Shown here one piece after another: positions 28,012-36,478 of a stretch of DNA of 64,000 bases. The DNA lies in assembly GCA_051886675.1 (NCBI GenBank), contig JBJEYH010000203.1, forward strand, positions 183 through 64,182, in the 5' to 3' direction. The notes under the pieces were generated by a model. That model was not told the origin of the DNA, did not search any database, and worked only from the letters and a program-made list of their open reading frames with translations. Numbering within the stretch: position 1 is the stretch's first letter; each line of letters opens with the position of its first letter. The DNA comes from Aristaeellaceae bacterium. GTDB lineage: Bacteria; Bacillota; Clostridia; Christensenellales; Aristaeellaceae. The position numbers and the translations under genes are program-made.

Positions 28012-28042
28012 TTGACTCGTCCCCTCGGGCAGGGTTTATCAT
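28012..28042 (+). promoter_or_regulatory. Putative promoter with 19-nt spacer (TTGACT-19-TATCAT) upstream of the MerR-family gene
   Basis: -35 at 28012-28017 and -10 at 28037-28042. Over-long 19-nt spacers are the hallmark of MerR-controlled promoters. Confidence 0.45.
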
Positions 28043-28095
28043 CAGAATTGCTTCGAAGCGGCACCCTCATCAACACGCACTGGAGGAATGAACGA

Positions 28096-28896
28096 ATGCT
28101 GTCCATCGGCCAGTTTTCCCGCGCCTGCCACGTCAGCGTCAAAACCCTGCGGCATTATGAAAAGATCGGCCTGCTCCTGCCCACCCGGGTGGACGAATGG
28201 ACAGGCTACCGCTATTATGACGAGGGGCTCATCGACGCCATGCTGCTCATTCAGCGGCTGAAGCGCTACGGCTTTCCGCTGGTGGCCATCGGGCAGATCC
28301 TGGCCAATCCCGCCGCGGGGCCGGAAGCCCTGCGCCGTCAGCGGCAGGTGCTTGCCAGCCAGCTGGCGCAGCAGACCCTCGTCCTCCGGGAGCTTGACCG
28401 GCACCTCGCCGCCATGGAAAGGACGGATGACATCATGGCCTATCAGCCCGAATACGACATCACCCTCCGGGAGGTTCCCGCCCGACCCATTATCAGCCGC
28501 CGTCAGCGCATGTCCGTGGAGGATTACGGCAGCGTCATCGGCCGCCTGTATGAGGAGGCTGCCCGGCAGCGCATCGCCCCGGACGGCCCGCCCATGACCA
28601 TCTACCACAGCGAAGCCTTCGACCCCGAGGACACGGACATGGAGCTGGCGCTGCCGGTTCCCCGGCCGGAGGACGCGACCCGGATGCTCCCCGGCGGCCT
28701 GATGGCCGTCACCACCCACAGGGGCTCCTACGCGCAGCTCCCGGAGGCCTACGGCGCCATGGCCCGGTGGATCGCCTCGCAGAACCTGGAGCCCGACGGC
28801 GCGCCCTTCGAGATCTACCGCCAGGGCCCGGGCCAGGGGGATCCCCAGGACTGGCAGACGGATATCTGCTTCCCCGTCCGCCGCAAGAACCCGTAA
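28096..28896 (+). CDS. MerR family transcriptional regulator with GyrI-like effector-binding domain (BmrR-like)
   Basis: MLSIGQFSRACHVSVKTLRHYEKIGLL.P..VD..TGYRYY helix-turn-helix, coiled-coil linker, GyrI-like C-terminus. ATG at 28096 after TGGAGGA. Confidence 0.85.
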   Translation: MLSIGQFSRACHVSVKTLRHYEKIGLLLPTRVDEWTGYRYYDEGLIDAMLLIQRLKRYGFPLVAIGQILANPAAGPEALRRQRQVLASQLAQQTLVLRELDRHLAAMERTDDIMAYQPEYDITLREVPARPIISRRQRMSVEDYGSVIGRLYEEAARQRIAPDGPPMTIYHSEAFDPEDTDMELALPVPRPEDATRMLPGGLMAVTTHRGSYAQLPEAYGAMARWIASQNLEPDGAPFEIYRQGPGQGDPQDWQTDICFPVRRKNP

Positions 28897-28905
28897 GCCC
28901 TTCAG

Positions 28906-28940
28906 CCGCCGCGGCGTCGCGCACTGCCGCGGCGGTTTCT
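28906..28940 (+). terminator. Rho-independent terminator
   Basis: CCGCCGCGGC-N10-GCCGCGGCGG followed by TTTCT. Confidence 0.6.
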
Positions 28941-28947
28941 GTCGGAC

Positions 28948-29483
28948 ATGCCGCCCTGTGCGATGATGGCGGCAGCGGGACGGCAGCTGCCCGGCATCGT
29001 GACCGGGCCGGACATGCTCCCCGCGTTGATCCGGCGGCGCGCGGAGCGGGCGGAAAGCGGGGTCTGCCGCCCGGGTGAAGGGCGTCGCGGGCAGCATCGG
29101 CTTCGGGAAGGGCTGCGGTACTGGCATGCTATCGTCCGGCCCGGCGGATATGTGGCCGTGACGGGTTCCTCCCGGCTCACCGCGGAGCATCCCGCCGGGG
29201 GTGACCGGTTCAGGGCCGAAGCCGGCAGCCCCCCGGATTCCGTGGAGACGGGCGTCGGCGTCCCGCAGCAGGCGGGGTATGCGTTCGCGGGCTGCTTCGT
29301 GCTGCCGGAGACCTGCCGGACGGACAACGGCTTCATCCCCGGGCCATTGAGCGGATGGCGCGCAGGTATCCGCAGTGCGACACCATGAAGCAGTATGCAG
29401 CCGTGAACCGGCGCGAGGCGGAGCTGTTCCGGCAGTACAGTCACCACTGCGGATATGCGTTCTGCATCGGACGGGCGGGATAG
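28948..29483 (+). pseudogene. Probable remnant of a class I SAM-dependent methyltransferase (N-terminally truncated and frameshifted)
   Basis: V(R)PGGYVAVT and FVLPE.C.TDN segments lie in one frame. The expected C-terminal continuation (AIERMARRYP...REAELFRQYSHHCGYAFCIGRAG, stop at 29481-29483) lies in another frame. The switch is near the CCCCGGG tract at 29337-29343. No SAM-binding motif I upstream. Confidence 0.4.
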
Positions 29484-29502
29484 GGCGGGGATTCGCTTCT
29501 TT

Positions 29503-30345
29503 TGGAAGGTTTCCGTACTTCTAATGCCACAAAGGGCGTGACTGTTTATGTCGCGCCCTTTCTGTTCAGCTGGCAGGGGTACAGGCCCGGCTTGCGGGAT
29601 GATGCGCCCCGGGCAGGTGTTCCGCTTCTCACGGAAGCATTCCGCACTCCGCGCATCACAAAAGGGCGTGACCGTTTGTGTCACGCCCTTTTCGTTCGGC
29701 TGGCAGGGGTACAGAACCCGGCTTGCTGGATGATGTGCCCAGGGCAGGTGTTCCGCTTCTCATAGAAGCATTCCGCACTCCGCGCATCACAAAAGGGCGT
29801 GACCATTTGCGTCACGCCCTTTCTGTTCGGCCGGCAGGGGTGCAGGCTTGGTTTGCGGGATGATGCTCCCCCGGGCAGGGGCTTCACTTCTCCCAGAAGC
29901 ATTCCGCACCCCGCGCATCACAAAAGGGCGTGACCATCCGCGTCACGCCCTTTCTGTTCAGCTGGCAGGGGTACAGAACCCGGCTTGTGGGCCAACACGC
30001 CCCGGGCAGGGATACCGTTTCTCGCGGAAGCATTCCGTACTCCGCGCATCACAAAAGGGCGTGCCATCCGCGTCACGCCCTTTCTGTTCGGCTGGCAGGG
30101 GTGCAGGCTTGGTTTGCAGGCTAACGCGCCCCGGTCAGGTACGTCACTTCTCATAGAAGCATTCCGCACTCCGCGCATCACAAAAGGGCGTGACCATCCG
30201 CGTCGCGCCCTTTCTGTTCGGCTGGCAGGGGCACAGGCCCGGCTTGCGGGATGATGCGCCCCGGGCAGGGACTTTACTTCTCCCAGAAGCATTCCGCACT
30301 TCGCGCATCACAAAAGGGCGTGACCATCCGCGTCACGCCCTTTCC
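29503..30345. repeat. Tandem repeat array 2: 7 copies of a ~130 bp unit, each with a terminator-like hairpin
   Basis: Hairpin cores AAAGGGCGTGAC-N6/7-GTCACGCCCTTT at about 29531, 29660, 29790, 29922, 30053, 30182 and 30311. Conserved flank GAAGCATTCCGCACTCCGCGCATCAC. Confidence 0.9.
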
Positions 30346-30408
30346 CTGTTCGGCAGCCCCAGCCAGTCCCCCGGCAGGAAGATCCTTCCCCCCGGCCGCC
30401 GATGCCCG

Positions 30409-30822
30409 TCAGTCCCGGGCAACCCTGCGCAGGGTCAGGAGCAGCAGCACCAGACCCACGCCCGTCAGGATATGCCCGATCCCCGCCACGCCGGAGATGG
30501 CCGCGGAGGCTCCCTTGCCCAGGGGCAGGCACAGCACCTGCGCCACGCCCCGCACCAGCAGCATCACCGACGTCAGCGGCACGCCGATGTTGTACGTCCA
30601 CAGGAAGGCCCGGAAGGTTCGCTCCTTCCGCAGGTCGTACTGCCCGGCGAACAGCGCCACCACCAGGAATACCAGCATCCCCAGCAGGAACAGATGGGTA
30701 TGCACCTTGCCCAGGGCCGTCACCCCGGTGAAGCCGCTGAATTTGGTGAACTCCCGGTAGAACACGCCTCCCGCCATGGCGGCCACGGCGTAGGCGAAGG
30801 ACAGGGTGAGCATCTTCTTCAT
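30409..30822 (-). CDS. DUF2871-like membrane protein
   Basis: 137 aa, four TM segments. N-terminal ..GVFYREFTKF block as recalled for DUF2871. Confidence 0.55.
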   Translation of the reverse strand: MKKMLTLSFAYAVAAMAGGVFYREFTKFSGFTGVTALGKVHTHLFLLGMLVFLVVALFAGQYDLRKERTFRAFLWTYNIGVPLTSVMLLVRGVAQVLCLPLGKGASAAISGVAGIGHILTGVGLVLLLLTLRRVARD

Positions 30823-30828
30823 GGGGCG

Positions 30829-31488
30829 TTACTCCTTCCGCATGGCGTTGAAGCCGATCAGCACCGTCCAGACGTAGGCGCAGGTCTTTGGGATCATCAG
30901 CATGCCCACCGCCGGCGCCGCGTCGGCGAAGAGCACCACCGGAATGTAGCACGCGAAGCTCAGCACCACCGTCAGCCACAGGTGGCGGAAGGGCGCATCC
31001 TGCTTCTCCCTCGCGCTGCGGAAGAACAGCGCCACGATCACCGCTCCCAGGATGGCGAAGGGAATGTTGCGGTACACGCCCCAGCGCAGCGGCGCGTCCG
31101 GGCTGGTCCAGGCATTCTGGGGCATCAGGAACAGCAGCGCCCGGATGATCGCCAGCGCCCATACCGCCGCCGTCAGTGCCTTGCGGCCCTCCACCCGGTA
31201 GCGGCTGCGCCACACGTAGTACAGCAGCACGTAGAAGGCCGTCATCGTGACGGAGGTGATCAGCTTGCCCACGCCCAGGGCCGCCGTGTAATCCGCCAGA
31301 CCCGTGGTGCACAGCGCCACCGCCCGGGGAATCAGGTGGAACGCGTCGCCGCAGCTCAGCGTCACCGCCATCGCCCCGAAGAGCAGGTACTGCTTCCGTC
31401 CCCTGCTGCCCCGGATCATCAGGATGCCCAGGGTGATCACCGTCACCAGATACACCGCGTCGAACAGCGTCTCGAATACCGCCTGCAT
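30829..31488 (-). CDS. Hypothetical polytopic membrane protein
   Basis: 219 aa, about 7 hydrophobic helices. The stop is 6 nt before the next start, consistent with an operon with the TetR gene. Confidence 0.6.
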   Translation of the reverse strand: MQAVFETLFDAVYLVTVITLGILMIRGSRGRKQYLLFGAMAVTLSCGDAFHLIPRAVALCTTGLADYTAALGVGKLITSVTMTAFYVLLYYVWRSRYRVEGRKALTAAVWALAIIRALLFLMPQNAWTSPDAPLRWGVYRNIPFAILGAVIVALFFRSAREKQDAPFRHLWLTVVLSFACYIPVVLFADAAPAVGMLMIPKTCAYVWTVLIGFNAMRKE

Positions 31489-31559
31489 CGGGAAATTCCT
31501 CCTTGATATGAACTTCGTTCATGTTGCCGCAAAAAAACCTGCGCGGAGCATGCCGCGCC

Positions 31560-32123
31560 TCACTTGCCGGCGAGAATCCTGCGCAGGGCCTCCGCCAGCG
31601 CACCGCAGTCCTCCGCCTGCTTCATCAGCAGCAGAAGGATGCTGTCCAGCGTCATGTCCGCCAGGGCTTCCTCCGTCAGCGGGGGCGCGAGCGCCGCATC
31701 CCGCACCGCCGGATCCGCCCGCAGCGCCGTCAGCAGCCCGGCCCGCATGTGGGCAAAGTGCCGCTCCATGACGCTTTGCGCCTCGCCCCGGCGGGCGCGG
31801 GCAATGGCGATGGAATGCTCCGTCAGAAAGTCCGGATAGGCCGCCGCCCCCCGATGGGCGCAGTCGTACAGCCGGCTCACATATTCCGGGAAGGACGTCC
31901 CCTCCGGACACCGCCCCATGGGATGAAAGATATCCTGCCAGACGCTCTCCACCGTGGCGATGAGCAGCGCGTCCTTGTCGGCGTAGTAGTTGTACAGCGT
32001 GCCAAGCGCCACGCCGCATTTGCCCGCCACGCTCCGCATGCTGACAGCCTGCAGCCCTTCCTCCGCCGCGATCTGCCGGCAGGCCTGCAGGATCTCCTCC
32101 TTCGTGGTGACGCCCGGATTCAC
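31560..32123 (-). CDS. TetR/AcrR family transcriptional regulator
   Basis: N-terminal helix-turn-helix (..I..A...IA.E.GL.AVSMR.VA..CGVA.GTLYNYY..K..L). GTG start at 32123 after GGGAGGGG. Confidence 0.85.
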   Translation of the reverse strand: MNPGVTTKEEILQACRQIAAEEGLQAVSMRSVAGKCGVALGTLYNYYADKDALLIATVESVWQDIFHPMGRCPEGTSFPEYVSRLYDCAHRGAAAYPDFLTEHSIAIARARRGEAQSVMERHFAHMRAGLLTALRADPAVRDAALAPPLTEEALADMTLDSILLLLMKQAEDCGALAEALRRILAGK

Positions 32124-32143
32124 GCCGCTATCCCCTCCCGAAC

Positions 32144-32185
32144 ATGAACACTGTTCATTATATGCGCTCCCCGCCGTCCTGTCAA
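32144..32185 (-). promoter_or_regulatory. Consensus promoter (TTGACA-17-TATAAT) with overlapping 15-bp palindrome, candidate TetR operator
   Basis: On the minus strand: TTGACA (32185-32180), exact 17-nt spacer, TATAAT (32162-32157). Perfect palindrome ATGAACA-n-TGTTCAT at 32144-32158 overlaps the -10 and transcription start. Confidence 0.7.
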
Positions 32186-32198
32186 GGGCGGGGGCGGA

Positions 32199-32936
32199 TC
32201 ACTCCGCCAGCATGATCCGCCGGAAGCGCGCCTGCGTCTCCCGCCCGACCCCGGCCTCCTCCAGCCAGGGGCCGACGCTGTCGGCGTTCAGCCTGTCCAG
32301 CACGGCCTGAATGTTCCGGGGATGGGAGTGCAGCAGGGAATCCTCCCCCGCCTGCGCCAGCAGCGCCTGCATTTCCGGCACCCGCGACAGCAGCCGGTTC
32401 ACGCCCCGCCGGTTGTAGGTGAAGCTCACCTGGTAGTCCGCGATGACGTCCTCCTCCGCCACACCCAGCAGCAGCAGGAGAATCGCCGCCAGCACGCCGG
32501 TTCTGTCCTTGCCCGCGGTGCAGTGGAACACCACCGCCCCCTGCGTCAATCCCTCCATGACCGCCCGCGCCGCCTGACCCGCCAGGGCCGCGTCCTCGCC
32601 GATCATCTTCATGTAGCCGTGGGTCAGGCTCCGGGCGAAGGCCTCCGCCGCCCGATCCGGCGCCGCCAGCTCCTCCCGCATCATGGGGCAGGCGCACAGG
32701 CGGATCCCCTCGGGCAGCTTGTCCGGCATGGCCTGCTGCTCGGACAGGCTGCGCAGATCCACCACCGTCCGCACGTTCATGGCCCTGAGGCGCGCCGCGT
32801 CCGATTCCGTCAGCCCGGACAGGCTGTCGGAGCGGTACAGCCGGTTCCACGCGACCATCCGGCCCTCCCCCGCCGCGTAGCCCCCCAGATCCCGCAGGTT
32901 CTGCGGCCCGTCCATGGGAATCCTTCTCAGCTGCAT
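32199..32936 (-). CDS. Protein-tyrosine phosphatase (Y_phosphatase3 family)
   Basis: Catalytic loop HCTAGKDRTG (C-x5-R) and N-terminal NLRDLGG. The start at 32936 is preferred; an alternative ATG at 32960 overlaps the upstream gene. Confidence 0.8.
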   Translation of the reverse strand: MQLRRIPMDGPQNLRDLGGYAAGEGRMVAWNRLYRSDSLSGLTESDAARLRAMNVRTVVDLRSLSEQQAMPDKLPEGIRLCACPMMREELAAPDRAAEAFARSLTHGYMKMIGEDAALAGQAARAVMEGLTQGAVVFHCTAGKDRTGVLAAILLLLLGVAEEDVIADYQVSFTYNRRGVNRLLSRVPEMQALLAQAGEDSLLHSHPRNIQAVLDRLNADSVGPWLEEAGVGRETQARFRRIMLAE

Positions 32937-32953
32937 GCCATGCACCCCTTCTC

Positions 32954-34897
32954 TCACCATTCGTCGAAGATGCCGCCCTCCAGGGCGTTGCGGGCCGCCA
33001 GAATGTAGCGGCTGGTGTCCAGGGGATCCACCCCCCGGCGCGCCGCCTGACGCCCCAGCTCCAGCGGGCATTCCCGGTAGCCCATGAGCCGCGCGCTCAT
33101 GCCGCCCCGGCCCCCCGTGATCGCCGCCAGGGTCGCGGCGTACATCATGCTGCTCTGCACCGGCACCTCCGCCCGGAGGATCACCCGATCCTCATCGGTG
33201 ACGGTGTCGGTGACGGCGCCGCGCATCTGCGCCACGTCGCTCATCACCCGGCCCACGCATTCCGCAGGCAGCATGAAGGTCACCTCCAGCACCGGCTCCA
33301 GCAGGATGCTGCCGCCCCGCTGCAAGCCGTCGTGGATGCCCATGGGCGTGGCCACGATGAAGTCCAGCGGATGGGTGTGGAAGATGTGATGGTTGCCCCC
33401 CAGGAGCGTGATGCGCACGTCCGTCACCGGCCAGCCCAGCCGGCCCTGCCCCAGGGCCAGGGGCAGCGCCTGCTCCACCTGATGCTGATACCCCGGCGCG
33501 ATGTCCTTCACCGGCGCGACGGAGGCGAACGTCACGCCGCTGCCCCGCTGCCCCGGCTCGATGAGGAACTCCATCACCGCCCAGCAGGGCTTGGGGACCA
33601 CATACGCCACGAAGCCCTTGGCCTCCCGGGCGATGGTCTCCCGGTACAGAACCGTCGGCTCGGAGAAATGCACCTTCAGCCCGAAGCGGGTGTCCAGCGT
33701 TTCCTGCAGGATTTCCAGCTGGATCATGCCCATCACGTGCAGCTGCAGCTCATTCAGCCTGCGGGCGTAATGGGCCTGCAAAAGCGGATCCTCCCCCGCC
33801 AGGGTCTGGCAGGCCTCGCGAAGGGCCGGCATGTCCTCCGGTTTATCGGGAATCACCTGCACGGTGATCAGCGGCGTGCGCAGGGTGCCGGGCATCACCC
33901 GCCGGGGCAGCAGGCTTTCCTCCCCCAGCACATGGCCGATGGGCAGATCCCCCAGGCCGTACACCACGCCGATTTCCCCGGCGGTCAGCACCCCCGCGTC
34001 CTGCCCGTCCACCGTGCGGATCTGCGTCACCTTCCGCTGCACAAAGCGCTTCTCGCCCGTCACGGGATCCACCCCCGCCGGCAGGGTGACGGCTTCCCGG
34101 TTTTCCAGCTGGCCGCTGTACAGCCGCAGCCATACGCCCCGGCCCAGCAGCCTGTCCTGCCCCGCCGCGAAGGCTACGCCGCACAGCCCGGCTTTTCCGG
34201 CGTCCGGCTCGGGCAGATCGTCCACGATGGCGTCCAGCACGGCCTCCACCCCGGTGTCCCGCAGGGCCGAGCCCATCAGGACCGGGCAGATCTTCCCCTC
34301 CCGGGCCAGGGCAGCGAATTTCTTCCGCACCAGCCCAGAGTCGATGGGCTCGTCCGCCATGTACCTTTCCAGCATCGCTTCGTCCAGCGTGCAGACGGCC
34401 TCCGTCATGGCGTCCATGTCGGTGACGTCCACGGCCAAGGCGGTCAGGCGGTGATGGATCTGGCGCAGCACCCGGGCGGGATCCGCGCCCTCCCGGTCGG
34501 TCTTGTTGATGAAAATGATCGTGGGGATGTTCTCCCGGGCCAGGGCGTCGTAGAGCGTCTCGGTCTGCGGCTGCACGCCCTCCCGGGCGCAGACCACCAG
34601 CACCGCCCCGTCCAGCGCCCACAGGGAACGCTCCACCTCCGCGGAGAAGTCCACGTGCCCCGGGGTGTCGATCAGGTTCACGTCCACGCCCCGCCAGCTC
34701 AGGCGCACGCAGCTGGCCTTCACGGAGATGCCCCGCCGCCGCTCCACCGGCAGATTGTCCGTGCGGGTGGTGCCGCTGTCCACGCTCCCCGCCTGGCGGA
34801 TGACCCCCGCGTGCCGGAGCAGCTGCTCGGTCAGGGTGGTCTTGCCCGCGTCCACATGGGCGAACACCCCCATGTTCCGCAGCGGCCTGTCTGCCAT
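32954..34897 (-). CDS. EF-G/TetM-TetO-like translational GTPase (ribosomal-protection-type paralogue)
   Basis: G1 AHVDAGKTT, G3 DTPGH, G4 NKTD. Five-domain length (647 aa) and TetM/TetO-like architecture, but clearly diverged from Tet(M/O/W) as I recall those sequences. ATG at 34897 after AAGGGAG. Confidence 0.8.
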   Translation of the reverse strand: MADRPLRNMGVFAHVDAGKTTLTEQLLRHAGVIRQAGSVDSGTTRTDNLPVERRRGISVKASCVRLSWRGVDVNLIDTPGHVDFSAEVERSLWALDGAVLVVCAREGVQPQTETLYDALARENIPTIIFINKTDREGADPARVLRQIHHRLTALAVDVTDMDAMTEAVCTLDEAMLERYMADEPIDSGLVRKKFAALAREGKICPVLMGSALRDTGVEAVLDAIVDDLPEPDAGKAGLCGVAFAAGQDRLLGRGVWLRLYSGQLENREAVTLPAGVDPVTGEKRFVQRKVTQIRTVDGQDAGVLTAGEIGVVYGLGDLPIGHVLGEESLLPRRVMPGTLRTPLITVQVIPDKPEDMPALREACQTLAGEDPLLQAHYARRLNELQLHVMGMIQLEILQETLDTRFGLKVHFSEPTVLYRETIAREAKGFVAYVVPKPCWAVMEFLIEPGQRGSGVTFASVAPVKDIAPGYQHQVEQALPLALGQGRLGWPVTDVRITLLGGNHHIFHTHPLDFIVATPMGIHDGLQRGGSILLEPVLEVTFMLPAECVGRVMSDVAQMRGAVTDTVTDEDRVILRAEVPVQSSMMYAATLAAITGGRGGMSARLMGYRECPLELGRQAARRGVDPLDTSRYILAARNALEGGIFDEW

Positions 34898-34919
34898 GGC
34901 CCTCGCTCCCTTCGTGATG

Positions 34920-35201
34920 TTACATGTCCTGCCAGGGCTCCCACCGCGGCGGCAGGGCCGGACAGCCCATGCGCTTCTTCGCCGCCCGCAGCTCCACATA
35001 GCACCCGCACAGCGCGCACATCCCGCTGCGCAGCTGATCGCACTCGCGGCACTGGCCGAGCCGCCGTTCGGTTTCCTCCCGGGGGGCCCGCTGACTTTCC
35101 GGCAAAAGCGCGATCAAATCCCGGATACTTGCAGCCAGCGCTGCCTGGGAGGGCATGTCCTCCAGCAGGCAGCGCCGGCAAAAGGGTTTGGGTTCCGTCA
35201 T
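34920..35201 (-). CDS. Small Cys-rich protein (DUF6171-like)
   Basis: 93 aa. C..C ... C..C......C..CGC.VE.RA.....CP pattern. GGAGA ribosome-binding site. The family assignment is from memory only. Confidence 0.5.
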   Translation of the reverse strand: MTEPKPFCRRCLLEDMPSQAALAASIRDLIALLPESQRAPREETERRLGQCRECDQLRSGMCALCGCYVELRAAKKRMGCPALPPRWEPWQDM

Positions 35202-35213
35202 TCTGTTTCTCCG

Positions 35214-36464
35214 TCAGAAGGTCAGCAGGTACACCGCCGCGTCATGGGCCGGCAGCGTCACGCTCAGGCCACGGGCGGGATCCTCCTCCCGGCCCGTCCA
35301 CAGCTCCCGGGCCTTCGCCGCGGGACGATCCAGCTGCTCGGGCTTCAGGCAGACCGCGCGCTCCTCATCGGACAGGTTGAACAGCGCGCAGTACACGCCC
35401 TTGCCATCCTGCCGGGGCGCCAGCCAGACGCTCTCCTCCTCCGTGGTGGTCAGGGGATGCCCGCAGAAGCTCTCCTTCCCGATGGCCAGCACGTCGCCGT
35501 TGGTCAGAAGCGACAGGGTGAAGTCGTCGTTCTTCGTCATTTCCGCGCCGATCATCAGGGGGGAGCGCATCATGGGCCACAGGGTCATCATGGTGCGCTG
35601 CTCCGCCTGGGTGAAGCGCGTCCAGTCGTCGGGGCTGTTGCACTGGCGCAGGGCCCCCAGGGGCAGCATGTCCGCATCCGGCCAGTGACCCGGCGCGGCA
35701 TGGATGCACCACTTCTCCGCCCGCTCGAACATGGCCTTCAGCTGCGCCCAGCCGTCCCAGAAATCGTCGGTGATGCGCCACATGTTGGCGTACTTCTTCA
35801 GATGCTCGGCGTGCTCCAGCGGCGCGGGGCCGGGGGACAGGCTCAGCACCATGTCCCGCCCGCAGCCGCGGCACGCCTCGGAAATCAGCTCGATCTCCCG
35901 CTCACAGTGGGGATACTCCCGGGCAATGTCATCGCACTTGATGAAGTCCACGCCCCACTCCGCGTACAGGGCGAAGATGCTGGCGTAGTAGTCCTTCGCG
36001 GCCTGGGTCCTGCACTTGAGGCCGTACATGTCCGGGTTCCACTGGCAGACGCTGTTGGGGTTGGCCGCCTGATGACAGCCGAACTCGCTGCCCAGGATGG
36101 GCAGATGGTTGTGGGCCGCCATGCGGGGCATGCCGCGCATGATGTGGATGCCGAACTTCAGCCCCAGGCTGTGCACGTAATCCGCCAGAGGCTTGAAGCC
36201 CCTGCCCTCCGCCGCGCTGGGGAAGCGGTTCGCCGCGGGAATCAGACGGCCCCATTCATCCATGCACAGGGGCGCGAAGGGCTCGTACTCATGGTTGAGG
36301 GCCGTGGGCTGATACCACTGGATATCCACCACCACGTACTCCCAGCCACAGGGCTTGAGGAAGCGGGCCATGTAGTCGGCGTTCCGGCGAACCTGATCCT
36401 CGTTCACCGCCGCGCCGTAGCAGTCCCAGCTGTTCCAGCCCATGGGAGGCGTCTGAGCGATCAT
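35214..36464 (-). CDS. GH27 glycoside hydrolase (alpha-galactosidase / beta-L-arabinopyranosidase type)
   Basis: PPMGWNSW, G.KFGI(H/Y) and VDF(I/L)K.D motifs of GH27. ATG at 36464 is 7 nt after GAAGGAGGA. The track N-terminus MKEDTA is the translated Shine-Dalgarno. Confidence 0.8.
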   Translation of the reverse strand: MIAQTPPMGWNSWDCYGAAVNEDQVRRNADYMARFLKPCGWEYVVVDIQWYQPTALNHEYEPFAPLCMDEWGRLIPAANRFPSAAEGRGFKPLADYVHSLGLKFGIHIMRGMPRMAAHNHLPILGSEFGCHQAANPNSVCQWNPDMYGLKCRTQAAKDYYASIFALYAEWGVDFIKCDDIAREYPHCEREIELISEACRGCGRDMVLSLSPGPAPLEHAEHLKKYANMWRITDDFWDGWAQLKAMFERAEKWCIHAAPGHWPDADMLPLGALRQCNSPDDWTRFTQAEQRTMMTLWPMMRSPLMIGAEMTKNDDFTLSLLTNGDVLAIGKESFCGHPLTTTEEESVWLAPRQDGKGVYCALFNLSDEERAVCLKPEQLDRPAAKARELWTGREEDPARGLSVTLPAHDAAVYLLTF

Positions 36465-36478
36465 GGCTGTGTCCTCCT

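Noticed and set aside
32954-34897. Calling the EF-G-like GTPase a tetracycline-resistance determinant such as tet(M), tet(O) or tet(W).
   Set aside because: Only the architecture and G motifs match. The sequence is clearly diverged from the Tet ribosomal protection proteins as I remember them, and there is no mobile-element context. It is kept as a TetM/TetO-like paralogue pending phylogeny.
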